From: Candidatus Eiseniibacteriota bacterium
GTDB taxonomy: Bacteria > Eisenbacteria > RBG-16-71-46
Assembly: GCA_963744995.1 (NCBI GenBank)
Contig: CAVUWA010000002.1
Coordinates: 832,001 to 896,000 of the forward strand
Reading direction: 5' to 3'
Length of the DNA stretch: 64,000 bases
Position 1 is the stretch's first letter, and the number at the start of each line of letters is the position of its first letter. This document shows, in pieces, positions 26,926 to 34,503 of the stretch. Position numbers and translations under genes: made by a program. Below the pieces are notes generated by a model. It searched no databases. It saw only the letters and a list, made by a program, of their open reading frames with translations, and was not told the origin of the DNA.

Positions 26926-27603
26926 TCAGCCGGCCCGGCGTGCCGTGATCACCAGCAGCAGCGGTCGGCCGACGTACTTGCGTGCGGAAGGCGTCTCGCG
27001 CGTCAGGGCCTCGTCGCCGGCGTGGGCCTCGCGCGCGGCGATCTCGAACCCGGCGGCCTCGATGGCCCGCACGTAGTCCCGGGCGGTGTGGCGCTCGGCG
27101 CCGAGACGGTATTCGACCCCCGCGGCCGTGAAGTTCGCCTCGATCCCCGCCGCGGCCATCTCCGGCGCGTAGACGGTGAAGGCCAGGCGGCCGCCCGGCC
27201 CGAGCGCGCGATGGAGCCCGGCGAAGCAGGCGTCGAGATCGGTGAGGTGCTCGCCCACGAGCGCGCAGAGCGCGGCATCGAACACGCCGGGCCGGAACGG
27301 CAGTCCGCGCTGCAGGTCCGCGCGGACCAGCGCAACCCGCTGCGCCCGCCCGCGCGCGACGTCGAGCATACCCGTGGAGAAGTCGACGCCTGTCACGCGG
27401 CACCCCGCGGCGACGAGCCCGCGCAGGTGGCGGCCGGTGCCGCAGCCGGCGTCCAGCACGCGCTCGCCGGCGCGTGGAGCGAGCGCGGTCAGCGCGTGAC
27501 GCTGGTCCATCGCCACCACCGGATTGTCGGTGGTGTCGTAGGTCCGCGCCCAGCGGTCGTAGCCTTCGCGCGGGCCGATGCGCCGGATGCGTGGTTCGCT
27601 CAT
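26926..27603 (-). CDS. Class I SAM-dependent methyltransferase
   Basis: GYDRWARTYD, VLDAGCGTGRH, GVDFSTGML; ATGA-coupled to the upstream gene. Confidence 0.88.
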   Translation of the reverse strand: MSEPRIRRIGPREGYDRWARTYDTTDNPVVAMDQRHALTALAPRAGERVLDAGCGTGRHLRGLVAAGCRVTGVDFSTGMLDVARGRAQRVALVRADLQRGLPFRPGVFDAALCALVGEHLTDLDACFAGLHRALGPGGRLAFTVYAPEMAAAGIEANFTAAGVEYRLGAERHTARDYVRAIEAAGFEIAAREAHAGDEALTRETPSARKYVGRPLLLVITARRAG

Positions 27604-28931
27604 GTGTGCTCGCCCCGCTCGCCGTGCGGGGCTGCGCCGGAGAAGGGCAGGAACGCATGCGCGTCCGCGGGCAGCGGACGGCCGAGCAGGTGCGAGGCGA
27701 GCAGATCCCCGGCGGCGTGACAGCCCATGACCCCGAATCCCGACAGCGCGCCGACGATCCATGCCCCCTCTACGGGGAGCGGGCCGACCAGCGGCCGGTT
27801 CGCGGCCGTGCGGCAGTAGTAGCCACCGTCGACGACGCCTTCGGCGGCGCGGCCGACGTAGACGCGCAGGGCCGGGACCATGCGGACCGCGGCGCGCAGC
27901 ACGGCTTCGCCGTAATGGGGATCGAACGCGGGCGGCCACGCCGGCTCGCACACGGCGTCGTCACGCCGCCAGATGAACAGCAGTTCACGCCGGGGTCCCC
28001 GCGACCGCAGGTGCACACCGCCCGGCAGCGGCTCGAGCAGACGTGCGCCGTCGGGTTCGTCCGCGAGCATCCGCCGTTCTGCGGCCGACCACTCGAGCGT
28101 GACCGGATCGTTCCAGATCAGCATCGGTGCATCGCGCGGCACCACGCCTTCCGTGTCGGGCAGGGCGAGCTTCGCGTGCCGCTCGAAGACGAGCGGAAGC
28201 TCCAGGTCCAGCATGCGGGCGAGCTCGCGCATCATCGGACCGGCCGCGAGCACGACGTCTCCGGCGGCGATCGACTCGCCGGACGCGAAGCGCACGCCGC
28301 GCACGCAGCCGCCCGGCGCCTCGATCGCGGCGACCCGATCGCGGCGGATCGACACGCCGGCGTGTTCGAGCTGCATCAGCATCCACTGGCCCGCGGTCCA
28401 GGCGTCGTAGAAGCCGGCCCGGCGCACGTGCAGCAGCCCGGCGATGGCGGGATCCACGTATGGAAACAGGCGTCGTGCCGACGCCGCATCGTCGATCAGA
28501 TCGGCGCCGTCGGGCTGGTCCTTCCAGCGGTCGGGAACGGCCGGTGCATAGGGCTCGGGGCCGGGGTGGCGGCGCAGCGGGCCGGCGCCGTGCGCGGACA
28601 CCGCCGCCGCATCGCGCGCCATGGCCTCGAGGCGCGCGGGGTCGCGCGTGAACTGGACGTAGCCGCGACGGCTCATGCGCACGGTCCCGCCGCCCGCGTC
28701 GACCAGCGCCTCCAGCAGGTCGATGCTGCGGTTCATGAAGCGCACCATCGCCGGATCGGGGCCGGTGAACCAGTTACGGTAGCCGCCGAGATCCTTGTTG
28801 CTGGTGAGCGTGAGCGGCTCGCGCTCGTCCACCAGCACCACGCCGCGCGCACGATTCGCCGCCGCCAGGTGGAAGGCGGTGGCGACGCCCGCCATGCCGG
28901 CGCCCACGACGACGATCCGGGCGGACGCCAT
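27600..28931 (-). CDS. FAD-dependent oxidoreductase (DAO / sarcosine oxidase beta family)
   Basis: IVVVGAGMAG Rossmann motif, VVLAAGP, GGYYCRT..NRPLVGP, ALSGFGVM. Confidence 0.88.
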   Translation of the reverse strand: MASARIVVVGAGMAGVATAFHLAAANRARGVVLVDEREPLTLTSNKDLGGYRNWFTGPDPAMVRFMNRSIDLLEALVDAGGGTVRMSRRGYVQFTRDPARLEAMARDAAAVSAHGAGPLRRHPGPEPYAPAVPDRWKDQPDGADLIDDAASARRLFPYVDPAIAGLLHVRRAGFYDAWTAGQWMLMQLEHAGVSIRRDRVAAIEAPGGCVRGVRFASGESIAAGDVVLAAGPMMRELARMLDLELPLVFERHAKLALPDTEGVVPRDAPMLIWNDPVTLEWSAAERRMLADEPDGARLLEPLPGGVHLRSRGPRRELLFIWRRDDAVCEPAWPPAFDPHYGEAVLRAAVRMVPALRVYVGRAAEGVVDGGYYCRTAANRPLVGPLPVEGAWIVGALSGFGVMGCHAAGDLLASHLLGRPLPADAHAFLPFSGAAPHGERGEHT

Positions 28932-28938
28932 CGCCGGG

Positions 28939-29283
28939 CTACGACTGCTTCGGATCCGCCGCGTACTTGAGGATCTCGACACCCTCGAGCGTGACGAGAC
29001 CCTCCTGGATCATCTCGTCACAGCGGGGGAGGAAGTCACGGATGCGATCCTCGACGTCCACCATCTCGATGACCATCGGCAGGTCCTCGGACAGTCGCAG
29101 GATCTTCGCGGTGTGGAGCCGGCTGTGCGCGCCGAAACCCATCATGCCGCGCGTGACGGTGACTCCTGCGAGCCCGCGTTCGCGAGCCTCCATCAGCAGC
29201 GCCTCGTACAGCGGGCGTCCGTGCCATCGGTCGCTCTCGCCGATGAACACCCTGAGCAGCAAACCACGGCCGGTGATCCGCAT
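28939..29283 (-). CDS. DUF190 (PII-like) protein
   Basis: LLRVFIGESDRWHGRPLYE, GLAGVTVTRG..GFG, LSEDLPMVIE; AGGAGG SD; usual partner of crcB. Confidence 0.92.
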   Translation of the reverse strand: MRITGRGLLLRVFIGESDRWHGRPLYEALLMEARERGLAGVTVTRGMMGFGAHSRLHTAKILRLSEDLPMVIEMVDVEDRIRDFLPRCDEMIQEGLVTLEGVEILKYAADPKQS

Positions 29284-29293
29284 GACCGCCTCC

Positions 29294-29674
29294 TCAGAGA
29301 CGCATCCCGAGCGCGAAGCCGGCGATGGTCGCCGCCAGACCCGATGCCAGCGAGCCGCCCCCGTAGAGGAAGCCCGTGAGCCACTGGCCGTCGCGCAACA
29401 GGGAGAACGTCTCGAACGACAGGGCCGAAAACGTCGTGAAACCGCCGAGCAGGCCCACGATGAGCAGCTGCCGCGCCTCCGGCGACAGCATTGCGCGCTC
29501 GATGGCGAGCGCCGAAATGAATCCGATCGCCAGGGAACCGAGCACATTGACGGAGAACGTACCCCACGGGAACAGCGACCCGGTCCAGCGCTGCACCGCG
29601 CCCGCCAGCATCCAGCGCAGCAGGCTGCCGGCAGCCCCGCCGGCGGCGACGAGGAGCAGCGTCTGCCACTTCAC
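29294..29674 (-). CDS. crcB: Fluoride channel Fluc
   Basis: GGAAGSLLRW, FPWGTFSVN, GLLGGFTTFS. Confidence 0.95.
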   Translation of the reverse strand: MKWQTLLLVAAGGAAGSLLRWMLAGAVQRWTGSLFPWGTFSVNVLGSLAIGFISALAIERAMLSPEARQLLIVGLLGGFTTFSALSFETFSLLRDGQWLTGFLYGGGSLASGLAATIAGFALGMRL

Positions 29675-29684
29675 CGGGACGCGC

Positions 29685-30785
29685 TCACAGCGGGAACGCG
29701 CCTTCGAACTTCTGGCCTTCGCCCATGGCGATCGCGTAGCGCATCTGTTCCTCGATGTGGCGCGGCATCCGTGCGTAGACGTCGGCGAAGATCGTTTCGA
29801 TCGCCGGCGGCGGCAGCGCCTCGGCCTCCTTGATCGCCGCGCCGATCTCTTCGTTGAGTTCGGCGGTCCATGCGTCGTCGGTGGCTTCGTCGATCAGGCC
29901 CGCGCCGAGCAGCCAGGCGCGGAAGCGGCGCAGCGGGTCCTTGCGCTCCCATTCGCTGACGAGGCCGCTCTCGCGATAGCGCGTCGGGTCGTCGCTCGAG
30001 CTGTGGCCTCCCATGCGGAACGTGACGGCCTCGACCAGCGTCGGCCCGCCGCCCGCACGGGCGCGGTCAACCGCTTCGCGCGTCGCCGCAATCACCGCGA
30101 GCACGTCGTTGCCGTCCACGCGCACGCCCGGGAATCCGTAGGCCATGGCCTTGACGGCGATGCTCTCGGAGGCGGTCTGCCGGGAGAGCGGCACCGAGAT
30201 CGCCCACTGGTTGTTCTGGCAGAAGAACACCACCGGCAGCTTCATCACGCCGGCGAAGTTCGCGGCGGCATGGAAGTCGCCGACCGAACTCGCACCGTCA
30301 CCCATGTAGCCCATGCAGACCACGTCGTCCTTCCTGAGCTTCGCCGCCCATGCCGCACCCATGGCATGCGGCAGCTGCGTGCCGATCACCGACGACCAGG
30401 CGACCGTCTTCACCTTGCGGTCGCTGAAGTGGCAGGGCATCTGGCGGCCGATCAGCACGTCGCCGCTGTTGCCGATCAGCTGGCAGACCAGCTCGGTGAC
30501 GGTGGTTCCGCGCCACAGCGACACGCCCATCTGCCGCAGCGCCGGGAACACCCAGTCGTCGTCGCGCATCGCGTAGGCGGATCCGGTGACCGCGGCCTCT
30601 TCGCCGGTGGCGGTGCCGTAGAAGCCGATGCGGCCCTGGCGCTGCAGCGACAGCATGCGCTGGTCGAGCACGCGCATCTTGAGCATGTGCCGGTAGAGCC
30701 GGGCGAGGTCGCCCGCGGGAAGTCCCGGATCGGCGCCGACGAGGGCGCCGCTCTCGTCGAGGACCTGCCGGAGTTCGACGCTCAT
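29685..30785 (-). CDS. 2-oxoacid dehydrogenase E1 alpha (probably branched-chain)
   Basis: QRQGRIGFY, GRQMPCH, ThDP motif GDGA..NNQWAIS, HSSSDDPTRYR. Confidence 0.92.
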   Translation of the reverse strand: MSVELRQVLDESGALVGADPGLPAGDLARLYRHMLKMRVLDQRMLSLQRQGRIGFYGTATGEEAAVTGSAYAMRDDDWVFPALRQMGVSLWRGTTVTELVCQLIGNSGDVLIGRQMPCHFSDRKVKTVAWSSVIGTQLPHAMGAAWAAKLRKDDVVCMGYMGDGASSVGDFHAAANFAGVMKLPVVFFCQNNQWAISVPLSRQTASESIAVKAMAYGFPGVRVDGNDVLAVIAATREAVDRARAGGGPTLVEAVTFRMGGHSSSDDPTRYRESGLVSEWERKDPLRRFRAWLLGAGLIDEATDDAWTAELNEEIGAAIKEAEALPPPAIETIFADVYARMPRHIEEQMRYAIAMGEGQKFEGAFPL

Positions 30786-32002
30786 GCGATGTCTCCTTCC
30801 TCGAGCCAGGTGCCCGGCTTTTCGAGCCGCTCGATGACCTTGTACAGGAAGTCCGCGCCGACCGCACCGTCGACGACGCGGTGGTCGAGCGACAGCGACA
30901 GATTGGTCATGTCGCGGGCGACGATGTCGCCGCCCACCACGACGGGCTTCGGCTTGATCTCGTGCACGCCGAGGATCGCGACCTGCGGATGATGCAGGAT
31001 CGGGGTGGCCAGCAGGCCGCCTTTCGCGCCCGTGCTGGTGATCGTGAACGTACCGCCGTGCAGCTCCGCGGACGTCAGCTTGTGGCGGCGCGCCGCGTCG
31101 GCGAGCCGCTCGACTTCGCGCGCGACCCGGAACAGGCTCATCCGGTCGGCGTCGTGCAGGATCGGCACCGTGAGCCCGTCCGTCGTGTCGGTGGCGACGC
31201 CGATGTGGTAGTAGCGCTTGAGCACGATCTCGCCCTGCTCGTCATCGAGGGTCGCGTTGAGCAGCGGGAAGTCCTTGAGCGGCTGGATCAGCGCTTTCAC
31301 GACGTAGGCCATGTAGGTGAGCTTCACCTGCTCCCGGTCGGCGCGCGTCTTGAGCGCGGCGCGGTGCGCCACGACTTCGGTCATGTCGCACTCGGCCACG
31401 AACGTGAACGGCGCCGCGGTCGAGAGCGAGCGGCGCATGTGCTCGGCGATTCGTTTGCGCAGCCCGCGCAGCGGCACGCGCTCTTCGGGTCCCGCGGGCG
31501 CCGCCGGGGCGCCGCCCGGCCCGGCGCCGGTGCCCGCGGCCTGCTCCACGTCCCCGGGGGTGATCCGCCCGCCCGGCCCGGTGCCGGTCACGTCCTCGAG
31601 CACCACGTTCAGCTGCTTCGCCAGCTGGCGCACGGCGGGAGTCGCCTGCACCTGCGTGCCCGCGGCAGACGTGCCGGTCGCAGCCGGGGCGGCCGGGGCC
31701 GAAGACGCGGCGTGCGCGGCGTGCGCCGGGGCGGCCGGCGCCTCCCCGGCGCCCTCGGCCTCGCCCTCGACGGCGATCGAGACGATCACGGTGCCGACCG
31801 GAACGGTGTCGCCCTCTTCGGCCATGAGCGCGGCGATCGTGCCGGTGCGCGGCGAGGGGATCTCGACGCTGGCCTTGTCGGTCATGACCTCGACGAGTGG
31901 CTGATCCTCCTTCACCGTCTCGCCCTGCCTGACGAGCCAGCGGACGATCTCGCCTTCCGCCACGCCTTCGCCGATATCGGGAAGCTTCACCTCGTAGGGC
32001 AT
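30782..32002 (-). CDS. Dihydrolipoamide acyltransferase E2 (single lipoyl domain)
   Basis: LPDIGEG, EVMTDKA lipoyl Lys, ATPAVRQLA..GTGPGGRI, DHRVVDGA. Confidence 0.95.
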   Translation of the reverse strand: MPYEVKLPDIGEGVAEGEIVRWLVRQGETVKEDQPLVEVMTDKASVEIPSPRTGTIAALMAEEGDTVPVGTVIVSIAVEGEAEGAGEAPAAPAHAAHAASSAPAAPAATGTSAAGTQVQATPAVRQLAKQLNVVLEDVTGTGPGGRITPGDVEQAAGTGAGPGGAPAAPAGPEERVPLRGLRKRIAEHMRRSLSTAAPFTFVAECDMTEVVAHRAALKTRADREQVKLTYMAYVVKALIQPLKDFPLLNATLDDEQGEIVLKRYYHIGVATDTTDGLTVPILHDADRMSLFRVAREVERLADAARRHKLTSAELHGGTFTITSTGAKGGLLATPILHHPQVAILGVHEIKPKPVVVGGDIVARDMTNLSLSLDHRVVDGAVGADFLYKVIERLEKPGTWLEEGDIA

Positions 32003-32060
32003 TCGGGAACCTTTCCGCGCGGCGGCCGCGCCGCCAGGTGCGGCGCCACGGCGCCGGACA

Positions 32061-32363
32061 TCACTCGATGAAGTCGAACCGACCGAGCTCGGTCTCCTTG
32101 TCGATCATGCGGATACCGCGCGCGCACAGATCGTCGTATGGCTCGGCGGCGATCTTCTTGAATTCGTCGTACATCTTCTGGCTCGTCCAGCGGTCCGCGA
32201 CGACGTAGCGCCGCGGATTGCGCTTGTCCTTCATCAGCGTCGTGCTGACGAAGCCCGGGTACTTCCGGAACAGCTCCGGCCAGGGGCCGTCGGGACGGTA
32301 GAAGGACTCGAAGTCCTCGATCCGGTCGGGCTTGACCGCGTATTCCCAGACCACGATGAACAT
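32061..32363 (-). CDS. Antibiotic biosynthesis monooxygenase (ABM)-like dimeric barrel protein
   Basis: MFIVVWEYAVKP..FESFY.PDGPW.ELF...PGF..T.L..RYVVADRW; TGATG-coupled to E1 beta. Confidence 0.75.
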   Translation of the reverse strand: MFIVVWEYAVKPDRIEDFESFYRPDGPWPELFRKYPGFVSTTLMKDKRNPRRYVVADRWTSQKMYDEFKKIAAEPYDDLCARGIRMIDKETELGRFDFIE

Positions 32364-33337
32364 CAGAACGTCATCACGTGCTCGACCGCGCGCATGACGC
32401 GCTTCGCGTCCGGCAGATACGTGTGCTCGAGCGTAAACGGAAACGGCGTGTCGTAGCCGGTCACTCGCAGCACCGGCGCCAGCAGCGAGGTGAGCGCCTG
32501 CTCGGCGATGAGCGCGGCGAGCTCGGCGCCGTAGCCGCAGGTGCGCGGCGCCTCGTGCACGATCACCGCGCGCCCCGTCTTCTGCACGCTGGCGATCACC
32601 GCCGGCGCATCGAGCGGCGAGAGCGAGCGCAGATCGAGCACTTCCACCGACCAGCCCTGCTTCGCGGCCTCCTCCGCGGCCTCGACCGACACCGGCACCA
32701 TCGCGCCATACGCGATCACGGTGCAGTCCGTGCCTTCGCGCGCGGTGCGCGCGGTGGCGAGCGGCACCGTGTAGCGGCCCTCGGGGACGTCTTCCTTGAG
32801 GGTGCGGTAGAGCCGCTTGGGTTCGAGGAAGATCACCGGATCTTCCGACTCGAGCGACGCGAGCAGCAGCCCCTTGGCGTCGGCCGGCGTGGCCGGAATC
32901 ACCACGCGCAGGCCGGCCGTGTGGCAGAAGTACGCCTCCGGGCTCTGCGAGTGGTAGAGCCCGCCGCGGATGCCGCCGCCGTAGGGCGCACGCAGGATCA
33001 TCGGACACGCGTACTGGCCGGCCGAGCGCCACCTCAGCTTGGCCATCTCCGACACGATCTGGTCGAAGGCGGGATAGACGAAGTCGATGAACTGGATCTC
33101 GGCGATCGGACGCATGCCGTAGAGCGCCATGCCGATCGCGCCGCCCACGATGCCGTTCTCGGCGAGCGGCGTGTCGGTGACGCGCGCCTCGCCGAACTCC
33201 GCCTGCAGGCCCTCGGTGACGCGGAACACGCCGCCGTTGAGCCCCACGTCTTCGCCGAGCACGACCACGCGGTCGTCTTCTCTCAGGGCCGTCCGGAGCG
33301 CGTCCTGGATGGCCTGCACCATGGTCATCTGCGGCAT
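32363..33337 (-). CDS. 2-oxoacid dehydrogenase E1 beta
   Basis: GEDVGLNGGVFRVT, DTPLAE, EIQF, HSQSPE, FLEPKRLY, DLRSLSPLD. Confidence 0.95.
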   Translation of the reverse strand: MPQMTMVQAIQDALRTALREDDRVVVLGEDVGLNGGVFRVTEGLQAEFGEARVTDTPLAENGIVGGAIGMALYGMRPIAEIQFIDFVYPAFDQIVSEMAKLRWRSAGQYACPMILRAPYGGGIRGGLYHSQSPEAYFCHTAGLRVVIPATPADAKGLLLASLESEDPVIFLEPKRLYRTLKEDVPEGRYTVPLATARTAREGTDCTVIAYGAMVPVSVEAAEEAAKQGWSVEVLDLRSLSPLDAPAVIASVQKTGRAVIVHEAPRTCGYGAELAALIAEQALTSLLAPVLRVTGYDTPFPFTLEHTYLPDAKRVMRAVEHVMTF

Positions 33338-33507
33338 GGGGATTCTCCCGTGAGGATCGAGCGACCACGCAGGTTAGCGGAGGGGGCGGAGTGCGGCAAC
33401 CGGCGGAAGTGGCGCGGGTTGGAGGCCCGTGGCGAGACGGGGGCCGCCGGTGTGCCCTTCAGGCCGCCCCGCGCATTCAAAGGGTGGAGACGGGGGCAGG
33501 GCGCAAG

Positions 33508-33543
33508 TTAGCCTTGCCAAAATTCGGACTTAGACTAGACTAA
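33508..33543 (+). promoter_or_regulatory. Promoter overlapped by two tandem DtxR/MntR-type operators
   Basis: TTAGCCTTGCCAAA (33508-21) and TTAGACTAGACTAA (33530-43), 22 bp apart, matching TTAG-N6-CTAA; TTGCCA(33514-19)-N16-TAGACT(33536-41). Confidence 0.75.
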
Positions 33544-33566
33544 TTCGATCGTCAGGGGAGGGCGAT

Positions 33567-33817
33567 ATGCGCATGTCCCACATGGTCTGTTGCGGCGGGG
33601 TCGTCTGCTCGTGTTCGGCTGCAACATGTCCGATGCATTCGTCGAATTTGCCGGCGAACGCATCGTCACTTCGCCGGCCTTCTGGGTCACGGTGATCGAC
33701 ATGGGCACGGCGAGGCGGCCGTTTCGAAACCTGCAGTTCGACGGAGCGGTCGGATTCGGCGTTTCGGATGCGGCTACCGACCGGACCTTCACCCTGGGTG
33801 TCACCGCGAGGCTTTGA
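33567..33817 (+). pseudogene. Probable internally deleted outer-membrane beta-barrel ('transporter'/MetA-like) gene remnant
   Basis: GGAGG plus ATG 33567 opens only a 42-aa ORF; another frame encodes AFVEFAGE..DMG..NLQFDGAVGFGVSDAATD.TFTLGVTARL*, resembling terminal barrel strands, with its stop overlapping the mntR TTG. Confidence 0.5.
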
Positions 33818-34503
33818 GCTTGCACCTCAGCCGTTCCAGACAGGACTACGTGAAAGCGCTCTATGCGCTCGACGTCGGGAAAGGGCCGGTGTCGACGTCC
33901 GAGCTGGCCGCGCACCTCGGCGTCTCGGCGCCTTCGGTGACGGTCATGCTGCGCCGCCTCGCGGCCGAGCGGCTGGTGCGGCACGTGCCGCGGGCGGGGG
34001 CGCGTCTGACCGCGCAGGGACGCCGCGAGGCGCTCGATCTGGTGCGGCGGCACCGCATCCTCGAAACGTTCCTGGTCCAGATACTGAAGCTCGACTGGTC
34101 CGAGGTTCACGACGACGCCGAGATCCTCGAGCACCACATCAGCGACCGCGTGCTCGATGCCATCGACCGGCTCGTCGGCCATCCGGCGGAAGATCCGCAC
34201 GGGCATCCGATTCCCGACCGCGAGGGCCGCATCGCACGCCGTACGCTGGTGCCGCTTGCAGCGCTCGAGTCCGGTGAACGCGCCACCGTGCGCGAGATCC
34301 GTGACGAGAACGTGCGGCGCATGGCGCACTGGAAGGAAGTCGGACTCGTTCCCGGCGCGTCGGTATGGATGCGCGACGTGCGCGAGGTCGACGACGTCTT
34401 TCAGATCGAGGTCGGCGGCCGCGCGCTGTCGACGGGGAGCGAGGGACTCGAAGGCGTGATGGTGGAGCCGGAAGAAAGGCGAACGCATGCCGAAGCACCA
34501 TGA
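33814..34503 (+). CDS. mntR: DtxR/MntR family metal-dependent repressor with FeoA domain
   Basis: QDYVKALY, VSAPSVT.M, RRHRILETFL, VHDDAEILEHHIS, DPHGHPIP. Confidence 0.9.
   Translation: MSLHLSRSRQDYVKALYALDVGKGPVSTSELAAHLGVSAPSVTVMLRRLAAERLVRHVPRAGARLTAQGRREALDLVRRHRILETFLVQILKLDWSEVHDDAEILEHHISDRVLDAIDRLVGHPAEDPHGHPIPDREGRIARRTLVPLAALESGERATVREIRDENVRRMAHWKEVGLVPGASVWMRDVREVDDVFQIEVGGRALSTGSEGLEGVMVEPEERRTHAEAP

Noticed and set aside
33545..33813. yybP-ykoY manganese riboswitch upstream of mntR-mntH
   Set aside because: I could not identify its conserved elements; the region is better explained by DtxR boxes plus a coding remnant. An Rfam search would settle it
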